A DNA stretch of 13,543 nucleotides, from contig JBKJLC010000223.1 in NCBI GenBank assembly GCA_046597055.1, positions 1 to 13,543 on the forward strand, read 5' to 3'. Shown here in pieces: positions 1 through 8,500 of the stretch. Origin of the DNA: Kofleriaceae bacterium. GTDB taxonomy: Bacteria; Myxococcota_A; Polyangia; Haliangiales; Haliangiaceae. The position numbers were made by a program, and so were the translations under genes. Positions within the stretch are counted from its first letter, which is position 1. Each line of letters begins with the position of its first letter. Below the pieces are notes generated by a model. It did not search any database and was not told where the DNA came from. It was given only the letters and a program-made list of their open reading frames with translations.

Positions 1-825
1 GATCAGCACGCCACCCCAGATCGAGCGGGTCCGCATCGCCAGCGTGCCGAGGATCAGGCCGGCGCCGATCGCGCCGAAGGTCTCGGCCATCGGCTTGCCG
101 TAGTGGATCATGCAGTACGGGACGATCATCACGAAGATCGCGTTGGCCCCGAGCGCCCGCCGCAGCCCCTGCAGGAGGAAGCCGCGGAAGAAGAACTCGA
201 GCGACAGGAACTGCACCGCGTACATCAGCTCCCACGACCACAGGTCGAAGCTCGACCGGCTGGCCAGCTTGTAGAACGGGTACGTGTGGCGGAAGGTGTC
301 GGTGCCCGACGCGATCACGACCGCCGGCAGGATCAGCGCGAACATCAGCGCGTAGATCCACAGGTGACGGAGGAAGCCGCGCAGCGAGATGTAGTAGTCG
401 CCGAGGCGCTCGCCGGGCAGCGCGAGGATGACCGCGATCGGCATGAGCAGGTAGCCGACCACGCGCCACCCGGTCCACCACACGAAGCCCTTGAGCGACC
501 AGTACGGATCCGGGTGGGCCGGGTCGAACGGGAACCACTTCTCGTACAGGCCGCGCTGGCCCAGGTACTCCTGCAGCGTCAACGACACGCAGGCGGTGAC
601 CAGGATGATCATCACCTTCCAGTCGGTGCCGTGGACCCCGTCGGTGCCGGCCGGGCCGCGATCGGCGTCGATCGCGCGCCACTGGTGCACCGTCAGCCAT
701 GCCACCGCCCGCCACAGCCGGTGGTTGCGCGCGCGCGCCCACACCAGCAGACCGGTGACGCCGGCGATCCCGCCGCAGACCAGCAGCGTGACGCGGACCA
801 TCTTCCAGGCGACCTCCCAGGACAT
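1..825 (-). CDS. CPBP (CAAX/Abi-type) intramembrane glutamic endopeptidase, 3' end runs off the window
   Basis: Absent from the ORF track; hand translation from ATG 825 (in-frame TGA at 832-834 just upstream; alternative ATG 801) gives [19 protein letters not shown]...YPFYKLA...[14 protein letters not shown]...[41 protein letters not shown]. Multiple hydrophobic helices and CPBP-like motifs (EFFFRG, xxxxH, SIWGGVLI just before the expected final His). Confidence 0.88.
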   Translation of the reverse strand, partial: MSWEVAWKMVRVTLLVCGGIAGVTGLLVWARARNHRLWRAVAWLTVHQWRAIDADRGPAGTDGVHGTDWKVMIILVTACVSLTLQEYLGQRGLYEKWFPFDPAHPDPYWSLKGFVWWTGWRVVGYLLMPIAVILALPGERLGDYYISLRGFLRHLWIYALMFALILPAVVIASGTDTFRHTYPFYKLASRSSFDLWSWELMYAVQFLSLEFFFRGFLLQGLRRALGANAIFVMIVPYCMIHYGKPMAETFGAIGAGLILGTLAMRTRSIWGGVLI

Positions 826-966
826 CAGCGCTCACGACCAGGACCAGTTCGCTGGCGCGGCTGGTCCGGCAGCTGGCCGAAGCCAGACCCCGCACACGAC
901 CGGTGACTCCGTACACCCAGCGTCATTGTTGATCGCTCGCTTCGCTCGCTCGCCGCGCTGCCGCGA

Positions 967-2421
<1,455 letters not shown>

Positions 2422-2429
2422 GGCTCTGG

Positions 2430-2438
2430 CCTATACCA
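2430..2438 (-). promoter_or_regulatory. Possible extended -10 element for gltX (TG-G-TATAGG), 8 nt upstream of the ATG
   Basis: Minus strand reads cgTGgTATAGGccagagccATG. There is no Shine-Dalgarno, the -10 lacks the final T, and no clear -35 is present. Confidence 0.35.
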
Positions 2439-2575
2439 CGACGACGATCGGGCCAGCGGCTGTGAAGCATTCGCTTCCCACCCGCCGTTTCGATCGGTCG
2501 GCCACCGGCCGGAGCCCGCGCCCGATCTGTACGGTGACGAGCCGGCTCGCTCCGCTCGCCGAGGGCCGGCGCCCG

Positions 2576-2614
2576 AAAGCGAAACGTGCCCACCTCCGGT
2601 CGGAGGCAGGCACG
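2576..2614 (-). terminator. Intrinsic terminator of the BlaI-M56-DsbA operon
   Basis: Minus strand CGTGCCTGCCTCC-GACC-GGAGGTGGGCACG (13-bp stem, two G-U pairs) followed by TTTCGCTTT, about 42 nt after the DsbA stop. Confidence 0.8.
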
Positions 2615-2656
2615 GTCACGGCCGCGGCTCGGGCTGGGCCCGACCCACGCGCGCGA

Positions 2657-3472
2657 TCACTTGACCGGGTCGAGCTTCTTGGCGCCCTTCTCGACCACCC
2701 ACGTCTTGTAGTAGCTCTCGCGCGGCGTGCCCTGCGCGACGCGCTCCTGGGCCTTCTTGAGCTCCTCGTCGATGATCGCCTTGAACGCCGGCAGCGGCTG
2801 GGCGCCCGACAGGAAGCGGCCATTGATGAAGAAGGCGGGCGTGGCGCCGACGCCGAAGTTGGTCAGGCTGGCCTGGTGCTTCTGCACCCACGGGGCGCAT
2901 TCGCCCTTGAGGTCGCTCTGGAACTTGGCCACGTCGACACCGGCCTCCTTGGCTGCGGCGATGATGTTGGCCTCCTCGAACTGGCGGGTCTTGAAGACCT
3001 TCTCCCACAGCGCCTCGTCGACCTCCTTGAACTTGCCCTGGCGGTGGGCAGCGCAGGTGGCCTGGGCCGGCAGGGTGGCCGTCTGCGGGTGGACGACGTA
3101 GGGCGCGTAGATCACGCGGACGTTGTCGCCGTAGTCCTTGTGGATCTGCTCGAGGGTCGGGCGGACCTTCTCGCAGAACGGGCAGGCGTACTCGTACGCC
3201 TTCACGATCGTGATCAGCGCGTCGGGGCGACCGATCGCGGGCATGTCGTCGACCGGGACCGCGTAGGTCTTGGCCGGGTCGGCGGCCGGGCGCTGCGGGC
3301 GCTGCTGGCCACCGGGGGCGCCGGCCGGGCGCTTCTCCAGGCGATCGAGGCGCTGGGCGATGTCGTCGAGCTTCTTGACGACTTCCTTGTTGTCCTGGGT
3401 GCAGCTGGTGAGGCCGCCGAGGGCGACCGCGCCGAGCGCGAGCGCGAGCGCGAAGGTGTTGTTCTTCATCAT
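2657..3472 (-). CDS. DsbA-family (BdbD/Com1-like) thiol-disulfide oxidoreductase, predicted lipoprotein
   Basis: Start at ATG 3472 (or 3469) with GAGGA RBS, overlapping the upstream stop (ATGATGA). Signal peptide with lipobox LTS-C, a short coiled coil, active site EYACPFC, cis-Pro loop GVGATPAFFING, LSGAQPLPAFKAIIDEEL, and two extra Cys (ATC, GEC) in the helical domain. Confidence 0.92.
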   Translation of the reverse strand: MMKNNTFALALALGAVALGGLTSCTQDNKEVVKKLDDIAQRLDRLEKRPAGAPGGQQRPQRPAADPAKTYAVPVDDMPAIGRPDALITIVKAYEYACPFCEKVRPTLEQIHKDYGDNVRVIYAPYVVHPQTATLPAQATCAAHRQGKFKEVDEALWEKVFKTRQFEEANIIAAAKEAGVDVAKFQSDLKGECAPWVQKHQASLTNFGVGATPAFFINGRFLSGAQPLPAFKAIIDEELKKAQERVAQGTPRESYYKTWVVEKGAKKLDPVK

Positions 3473-4836
3473 GGATCGGTTCCTCGAACGCAGGTGGGGA
3501 TAGCGGAACGGACCGTCACCGGGTCGGCGGCGGCAAGGGTGGAAGTGGCCCCGCCTGCGGCGGGGTCGGGACAATTACAGCAGAGGTCCTCGGACGCAAG
3601 GGCCGACGCCAGCGTGGGGCCGGCCGCGCTGGCATCGAGCGCGAGGTCGCTCTGGGCGGGTGAGGTCAGCGCGTCGTCGCCGTGGCGGCGGCGCAGCGCG
3701 AGCTGGTACTCGCAGACCTCGTCGTGCGACAGCGCGCCGTCACCATCGGCATCGGCCGCGGGATGGGCGGCCATGATCGACGTCGCCACGTCGGGCGTGA
3801 ACAGGCACACGCGCGGGCCGGTCGCCGCCGGCGGCGCCGACGACGCGGCGCCGGTCAGGCCGACCAGCGCCCAGCCACCGACCAGCGCCATGCCCGGCCG
3901 GCCGAGCCCGGGCCGCGCGGTGCGCGCCGGATGCGCGACCAGCGCGTCGACCCGGCGCCGCAGGGTGCCGGGCCGGGCCAGCGCGAGCGCGGCGGTCGGC
4001 GCGTCGAGGCGCGCGCGCGCGACCTCGACCAGCATGCGGGCGTAGGCGGCGGCGCCGAGCGGACCGATCGCGATCGCGTAGGCGTCGCACGCCTGCTCGC
4101 GGGCGAGATCGAGGCGCCGGTTGACCCAGCGCACCACCGGCCAGAAGAAGAAGGCGGTCGCGGCGACGACCTGCACCACCCGCAGCGCGGCGTCCCCGCG
4201 GCGGACGTGGGCGAGCTCGTGCGCCAGCGCGGCGCGGCGCGCGTCGGCGCGGTCGCCGGCCAGCGCGGTGGCGGGCACCACCACGATCGGCGCGCGGAAG
4301 CCGACCAGGTACGGCGTGGCCTCGCCCGCGGCGACCCGGACCTCGATCGCGCCGCGCACGCCGATGCGCGCCGCCAGCGCCGCGACCTCGCCGACCAGCC
4401 AGTCCGGGGCCGGCGCGGCCTGCCGGGCCTGGGCGCGGGCCCGACCGGCGGCGCGCAGCTGGCGCGCCGCGACCACCGATGCGCCCGCCAGCCACAGGCC
4501 GAGCACCGCGAGCGTGCCCCACGCAACCGGCGGGGCGGCCGGGGCGGTCGGGACCGCCAGCGCCGACGGCCCGGTGACCACGATCGGCTCGGCGGCGGTG
4601 TCGCCGTCGCGCAGACTGTCGACCAGCGACGCCAGCGAGAACCGCGCGCCGGGCCCGACCGGGACCAGAAACTTGAGCAGGACCACCGTCCACAGCGCCG
4701 CGATCACGCCAGGCCGGGCGCGGCGCAGCACGGTCGCGGACAGCGCGAGCGCGATCATCGCGAGCAGGGTGCCGTGCAGGAGGGCGGCGCCGAGCACCCC
4801 GAGCACGCCGTCGAGGCCGGCAGCGAGCGCGGTCAC
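3469..4836 (-). CDS. M56 family (BlaR1/MecR1-like) membrane metallopeptidase with Cys-rich EF-hand C-terminal domain
   Basis: Three N-terminal TM segments, PYLVGFRAPIVVVP, zinc motif LAHELAHVRRGD, FFWPVVRWVNRRLDLAREQACD, LRRRV, a further TM, then the DADGDGALSHDE EF-hand loop. The GTG start overlaps the repressor stop (GTGA). Confidence 0.92.
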   Translation of the reverse strand: MTALAAGLDGVLGVLGAALLHGTLLAMIALALSATVLRRARPGVIAALWTVVLLKFLVPVGPGARFSLASLVDSLRDGDTAAEPIVVTGPSALAVPTAPAAPPVAWGTLAVLGLWLAGASVVAARQLRAAGRARAQARQAAPAPDWLVGEVAALAARIGVRGAIEVRVAAGEATPYLVGFRAPIVVVPATALAGDRADARRAALAHELAHVRRGDAALRVVQVVAATAFFFWPVVRWVNRRLDLAREQACDAYAIAIGPLGAAAYARMLVEVARARLDAPTAALALARPGTLRRRVDALVAHPARTARPGLGRPGMALVGGWALVGLTGAASSAPPAATGPRVCLFTPDVATSIMAAHPAADADGDGALSHDEVCEYQLALRRRHGDDALTSPAQSDLALDASAAGPTLASALASEDLCCNCPDPAAGGATSTLAAADPVTVRSAIPTCVRGTDP

Positions 4837-5372
4837 GACCGGGCCTTCTTGCGGCGCGGCTCGGCCGCCGGTTGGGCCGCCGCGACCGGCGCCTCAGCCG
4901 TGGCAGCTGGCGCCGCCGGCGCACGCTCGTCGATCCCACGGGGGGCCCTGCCCCCCGCCCCACCAGCGGAGCTGGCAGGGCCCCCACCCTCCGTCTCCTC
5001 GCTGCGCTCGTCGATCCGCCGCTCGATGTCGCGGAGCTCGTCGAGCGACAGCGACTCGTCCTCGACCAGACCGAGCACCATCGCATCGGCCTCGCCATCG
5101 AAGACGTCGTGCAGGAACGCGCGCAGCCGCTCCTTCAGCACCGACTCACGCTGGAACGCCGGCTGGTACACGAACGGCTCGCGGTCGCGATCGACATTGA
5201 CCGCGCCCTTGCCGGCCAGGCGCCCCAGCAGCGTCATGACCGTGGTGTACGCCAGCTCGCCGCCCTTCTTGTTGAGCTCCGCGCGCGCCTCGGCCACGGT
5301 GGCCTTGCCTAGATTCCACAGCACCTTCATGAGGTTGAACTCGGCGGGCGTGAGGTCGGGGGCGCGGGACAT
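4833..5372 (-). CDS. BlaI/MecI/CopY family transcriptional repressor
   Basis: LTPAEFNLMKVLW...ATVAE...LAYTTVMTLLGRLAGKG winged HTH and FLHDVFDG...LSLDEL dimerisation domain. AGGA RBS 6 nt before the ATG. Low-complexity C-terminal tail. Confidence 0.95.
   Translation of the reverse strand: MSRAPDLTPAEFNLMKVLWNLGKATVAEARAELNKKGGELAYTTVMTLLGRLAGKGAVNVDRDREPFVYQPAFQRESVLKERLRAFLHDVFDGEADAMVLGLVEDESLSLDELRDIERRIDERSEETEGGGPASSAGGAGGRAPRGIDERAPAAPAATAEAPVAAAQPAAEPRRKKARS
4924..5017. repeat. Palindromic element inserted in frame in the repressor gene, flanked by 13-bp direct repeats
   Basis: CGCTCGTCGATCC at 4924-4936 and 5005-5017 (81-bp period). Between them, a perfect 12-bp inverted repeat GGGGGCCCTGCC (4941-4952) / GGCAGGGCCCCC (4974-4985). 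Confidence 0.7.
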
Positions 5373-5406
5373 CGGGCTTCCTGGTGCGGTTCCTACTGGC
5401 CTCGTA

Positions 5407-5436
5407 TTGCTACTACGAGTGTAGTTTGAAGGTCAA
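5407..5436 (-). promoter_or_regulatory. Candidate sigma-70 promoter of the BlaI-M56-DsbA operon
   Basis: Minus strand TTGACC (5436-5431), 18-nt spacer, TAGCAA (5412-5407), in a locally AT-rich patch. The -10 is imperfect. Confidence 0.55.
5412..5425. promoter_or_regulatory. BlaI/MecI-type operator palindrome ACTAC-GAGT-GTAGT
   Basis: One mismatch to the established TACA-NN-TGTA BlaI/MecI/CopY box; lies 40 nt upstream of the repressor ATG, between its candidate -35 and -10. Confidence 0.8.
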
Positions 5437-5499
5437 GCACGACCTTCCGCGCGTGATACCCGCCGTGACCCCCACGGCATTCCGCCCTGCCGGTTCGAG

Positions 5500-5505
5500 T
5501 AGAGT
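5500..5505 (+). promoter_or_regulatory. -10 element (TAGAGT) for a leaderless GST transcript
   Basis: TANNNT hexamer 6 nt before ATG 5512; no SD sequence. Confidence 0.5.
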
Positions 5506-5511
5506 CCGCGG

Positions 5512-6126
5512 ATGCGTCTGTACCAGGATTCCCGCGCGCCCAATCCCCGCCGCGTTCGCATCTTCCTCGCCGAGAAGAACCTGACCAGCGCGGTCGAGCT
5601 GGTCGACGTCAGCATCAACGCCGGCGCCCACCAGTCGCCCGAGCACCTCGCGCGCCACCCGCTCGGGCTGGTGCCGGTGCTCGAGCTCGACGACGGCCGG
5701 CTCCTGCGCGAGTCGATCGCGATCTGCCGCTACCTCGAGGAGCTGTACCCGCAGCCGGCGCTGTTCGGCACCGACCCGTGGTCGCGCGCGACCATCGAGC
5801 AGTGGGACCGCCTCGCCGAGCTCGAGATCCTGGGGCCGGTCGCGCAGGTGTTCCGCAACAGCCACGCGTTCTGGGAGGGCCGCATCAAGCAGAGCCCCGA
5901 GTTCGCCGAGATCACGCGCGAGCGCCTGCAGGAGCGGTTCACCTGGCTCGACGGCGAGCTCGCCGGCCGCCGGTTCCTGGCCGGCGACACCTTCTCGGTC
6001 GCCGACATCACCGCGCTGTGCGCGCTCGACTTCGCCAAGGTCTCCGGCATCCGGGTCGGCGACGCCACCCCGCACCTCAAGCGCTGGCACGCCGAGATGT
6101 CGGCCCGGCCGACTGCCAAGGCCTGA
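5512..6126 (+). CDS. Glutathione S-transferase family protein (Gtt2-like)
   Basis: APNPRRVRIFLAEK N-terminus, HPLGLVPVLELDDG (cis-Pro), ESIAICRYLEE, FLAGDTFSVADITA N-capping box; 204 aa. Confidence 0.95.
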   Translation: MRLYQDSRAPNPRRVRIFLAEKNLTSAVELVDVSINAGAHQSPEHLARHPLGLVPVLELDDGRLLRESIAICRYLEELYPQPALFGTDPWSRATIEQWDRLAELEILGPVAQVFRNSHAFWEGRIKQSPEFAEITRERLQERFTWLDGELAGRRFLAGDTFSVADITALCALDFAKVSGIRVGDATPHLKRWHAEMSARPTAKA

Positions 6127-6165
6127 CCGGCACGACCAGCCGGCGGCGCGCAGCGCCCGGTCAGG
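6122..6165. terminator. Inverted repeat between convergent GST and membrane-protein genes (possible bidirectional terminator)
   Basis: CCTGACCGG (6122-6130) / CCGGTCAGG (6157-6165) include both stop codons; internal GGCGC-GCA-GCGCC hairpin; no U-tract. Confidence 0.35.
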
Positions 6166-7282
6166 ACCGGACGACCGCGCGCGGCAGCGGCTGCGGCCCG
6201 GCTGCCTTCTTCGCGCGGCGCCTGGCCAGGGCAGGCGGGATGCTGAGGAAGCCGATCGCCGCGATGATGAGGCCGGCGCCCACGATCTCGTCGGTCGACA
6301 GCGGCCCGTAGCCGGCGAAGAGCGCGCCCAGGATCACCGAGCCGACGATGCCGGCGAGCACGCTCGACGCCCGGTTGACCGGGACGCAGAAGGTGTTCTC
6401 GTTCTTGTCGAGCAGGATCAGTCCGCCGAAGATCCCGGTGCACTGCGACAGCACGCCGATGACGAGCGCGTACGGCACCACCGGCCGATCCCAGAACGTG
6501 GTGAACCCGGCCCGCATCGACGCGCCGAACTCGCCGCCGGCGAACAGCGCGGCCAGGCCGAGCAGCAGGAGCAGCACCGGCCCCGAGGTCATGCCCTCCT
6601 CGACGAAGTAGCGCAGGTTGGCGTTGCTGTCGGCCGACTTCGCCAGCTTGCTCATCAGCGACAGCCGCACGAAGTAGAAGCCGAGATAGAGGAGGACGTC
6701 GATCGCGCACGCGGTCGTGAGCAGGGTCGAGCCACCCCCGAGGAACGCCGCGAGGAGCGAGCCGATCGACAGCAGCAGCGCGACCAGCGAGAACCAGCGC
6801 ACGTGGCGGCCCGCGAACGCGTCGACCACCGGCGCCAGCACCAGCAGGCCGCCGCGCATGAGGAGCATGACGAACACGATGCTGACGTCGACGAACGTGT
6901 AGGCCAGCGTGGTGGTCGCGATGATGCCAGACGTGCACACGCCCGAGAGGAACGTCAGCTTCTGCGGCATCGGCACCGACACGCCGAGCACGCGCCGCCG
7001 CCCGGCGTGGCGCCACCAGCCGGTCGCCAGCAGGAACACCACCAGGGTCGCGACCGTGGCGGTCACCGTCGGCGGCAGCATCTCGAGCCCGTCGATGCCG
7101 GGGTCCCTGGCCGGCGCGACCTGCGGGATCCCGTCGCTGTCGATCAGGCCCTTGGAGACGACCTTGGTCAAGGCGGCGAAGGGGACGTAGCAGGCGAAGT
7201 AGCCAAACGCCCACCACCAGATCGAAGGTCCGCTCGCGGAATGGGTCGTCGCCGCCGCCACTGGCTTGAGAATGTCACTCAC
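6161..7282 (-). CDS. Uncharacterised polytopic membrane protein, DMT/EamA-superfamily-like
   Basis: About 10 hydrophobic segments in two halves, with DMT-like features (LAYTFVDVSIVFVMLLMRGGLLVLAPVV; EIVGAGLIIAAIGFL). Start uncertain: GTG 7282 preferred, GTG 7300 in the ORF track. Confidence 0.7.
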   Translation of the reverse strand: MSDILKPVAAATTHSASGPSIWWWAFGYFACYVPFAALTKVVSKGLIDSDGIPQVAPARDPGIDGLEMLPPTVTATVATLVVFLLATGWWRHAGRRRVLGVSVPMPQKLTFLSGVCTSGIIATTTLAYTFVDVSIVFVMLLMRGGLLVLAPVVDAFAGRHVRWFSLVALLLSIGSLLAAFLGGGSTLLTTACAIDVLLYLGFYFVRLSLMSKLAKSADSNANLRYFVEEGMTSGPVLLLLLGLAALFAGGEFGASMRAGFTTFWDRPVVPYALVIGVLSQCTGIFGGLILLDKNENTFCVPVNRASSVLAGIVGSVILGALFAGYGPLSTDEIVGAGLIIAAIGFLSIPPALARRRAKKAAGPQPLPRAVVRS

Positions 7283-7341
7283 GCGCCATCTTGTCGCCAC
7301 ATTTGACAGGAGTGCCAGCTCGCGCCGTCAGGTTCCGCACC

Positions 7342-8391
7342 TCAGCCCGCGACCGACGCCAGCTGTCCGCACGCGGCCGCGATGTCGCCCCCGCCCGAGT
7401 AGCGGCGATGGCTGCCCAGCCCGGCGCGGTCGAGCTCGGCGCGGAACGCCGCGGTCGCCGGGTCCGACGCCCGCGCGAACTCGTCGCCGGGGCCGATCGA
7501 GTTGTAGGCGATGATCGACAGCCGCGGCCGCAGGCCGGTCTCGGCGGTGAACGCGTGGGCCCGGGTCGCCAGCGCCTGGGCGTCCTCGGCGGTGTCGTTG
7601 ACCCCGGCGAGCAGCGTCACCGCCCACATCGGGGCCAGCCGGGTCGCGCGCGCGTGATCGGCGGCCGCCGCCAGCACCTCGTCGAGCGGGTGGGCGCGCT
7701 CGACCGGCATCAGCGACCGCCGCACGGCCGGCCGCGCGCTGGCGATCGACACGCCGAGCCGGACGTTGGGCGCCTCGCGGGCCAGCCGCCGGATGCCGGC
7801 GGGATGGCCCGACGTGCACACGGTGATGCTGCGGGCGTCGATGCCCTGCGCGCACGGCTCCGACAGCACGGCGATCGCGGCGAGCACGCGGTCGAGGTTG
7901 GCCATCGGCTCGCCCATGCCCTGGAACACCACGCCGTGGACACGCTCGCCGGGGCCCAGGGTGGCGCGGACCGCGCGGACCTGCTCGACGATCTCCCAGC
8001 GCTCGAGGTTGCGGCGCAGGCCGAGCCGGCCGGTCGCGCAGAACCCGCAGGCCAGCGCGCAGCCGACCTGCGAGCTGACGCAGGCGGTGAACCGGCCCGG
8101 CTTCTCGAGCGGGATGCGCACCGCCTCGATCACCTCGCCATCGGCGAGCGCGAGGACCAGCTTGATGAAGGGGTCGATCGCGCTCTCGGCGCGCTCGCGC
8201 ACCTCGAGCGTCGGCACGTGGCCGATCGCGCGGACCGCCTCGGCCGCCACCCGGCGTACCGCCGACGACGGCGCGACCGGCTCGCCCCGGTGCACCATCG
8301 CGATCAGCTTGCGCGCCTCGGCCAGCGTGATCGCCGGCACGGCCGCGGCCAGCTCGGCCGGCGTCACCGCTTGCAGTGCGAGGCGCGTCAT
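7342..8391 (-). CDS. RlmN/Cfr-family radical SAM RNA methyltransferase, divergent paralog
   Basis: IEAV, TACVSSQVGCALACGFCATG (resolving Cys plus CxxxCxxC), VFQGMGEP, LAGVND, DIAAACGQL (methyl-carrier Cys). ATG 8391 is preceded by a TATCGT -10. Confidence 0.9.
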   Translation of the reverse strand: MTRLALQAVTPAELAAAVPAITLAEARKLIAMVHRGEPVAPSSAVRRVAAEAVRAIGHVPTLEVRERAESAIDPFIKLVLALADGEVIEAVRIPLEKPGRFTACVSSQVGCALACGFCATGRLGLRRNLERWEIVEQVRAVRATLGPGERVHGVVFQGMGEPMANLDRVLAAIAVLSEPCAQGIDARSITVCTSGHPAGIRRLAREAPNVRLGVSIASARPAVRRSLMPVERAHPLDEVLAAAADHARATRLAPMWAVTLLAGVNDTAEDAQALATRAHAFTAETGLRPRLSIIAYNSIGPGDEFARASDPATAAFRAELDRAGLGSHRRYSGGGDIAAACGQLASVAG

Positions 8392-8397
8392 CGGCGC

Positions 8398-8403
8398 ACG
8401 ATA
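8398..8403 (-). promoter_or_regulatory. -10 element (TATCGT) for a leaderless RlmN-like transcript
   Basis: Minus strand TATCGT-gcgccg-ATG; no SD. Confidence 0.55.
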
Positions 8404-8500
8404 CTCAGAATTCCGTGACGTGGCTCGTCCGCGAGCACGGACCTCCGTGCCCCTGACGGGGCGACGCGCGCCAAGTCCGCGTCCCGACGGCAGTCCCGGG

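Noticed and set aside
825..926. 33-codon minus-strand uORF (MTLGVRSHRSC...) whose TGA overlaps the CPBP ATG
   Set aside because: Many A/T-ending codons unlike the genes here, no RBS, no recognisable leader-peptide features.
2422..2656. T-box or riboswitch upstream of gltX
   Set aside because: No T-box consensus or known aptamer recognised; the strong hairpin is better explained as the dsbA operon terminator.
3473..3574. Extended N-terminus of DsbA given in the ORF track
   Set aside because: It overlaps the M56 gene; the RBS, stop/start overlap and signal peptide all point to 3472/3469.
3469..5372. Beta-lactam resistance (bla/mec) or CopY copper locus
   Set aside because: No beta-lactamase, no penicillin-binding sensor domain, the repressor has no Cys (no CopY CxC), and no Cu ATPase or chaperone is nearby.
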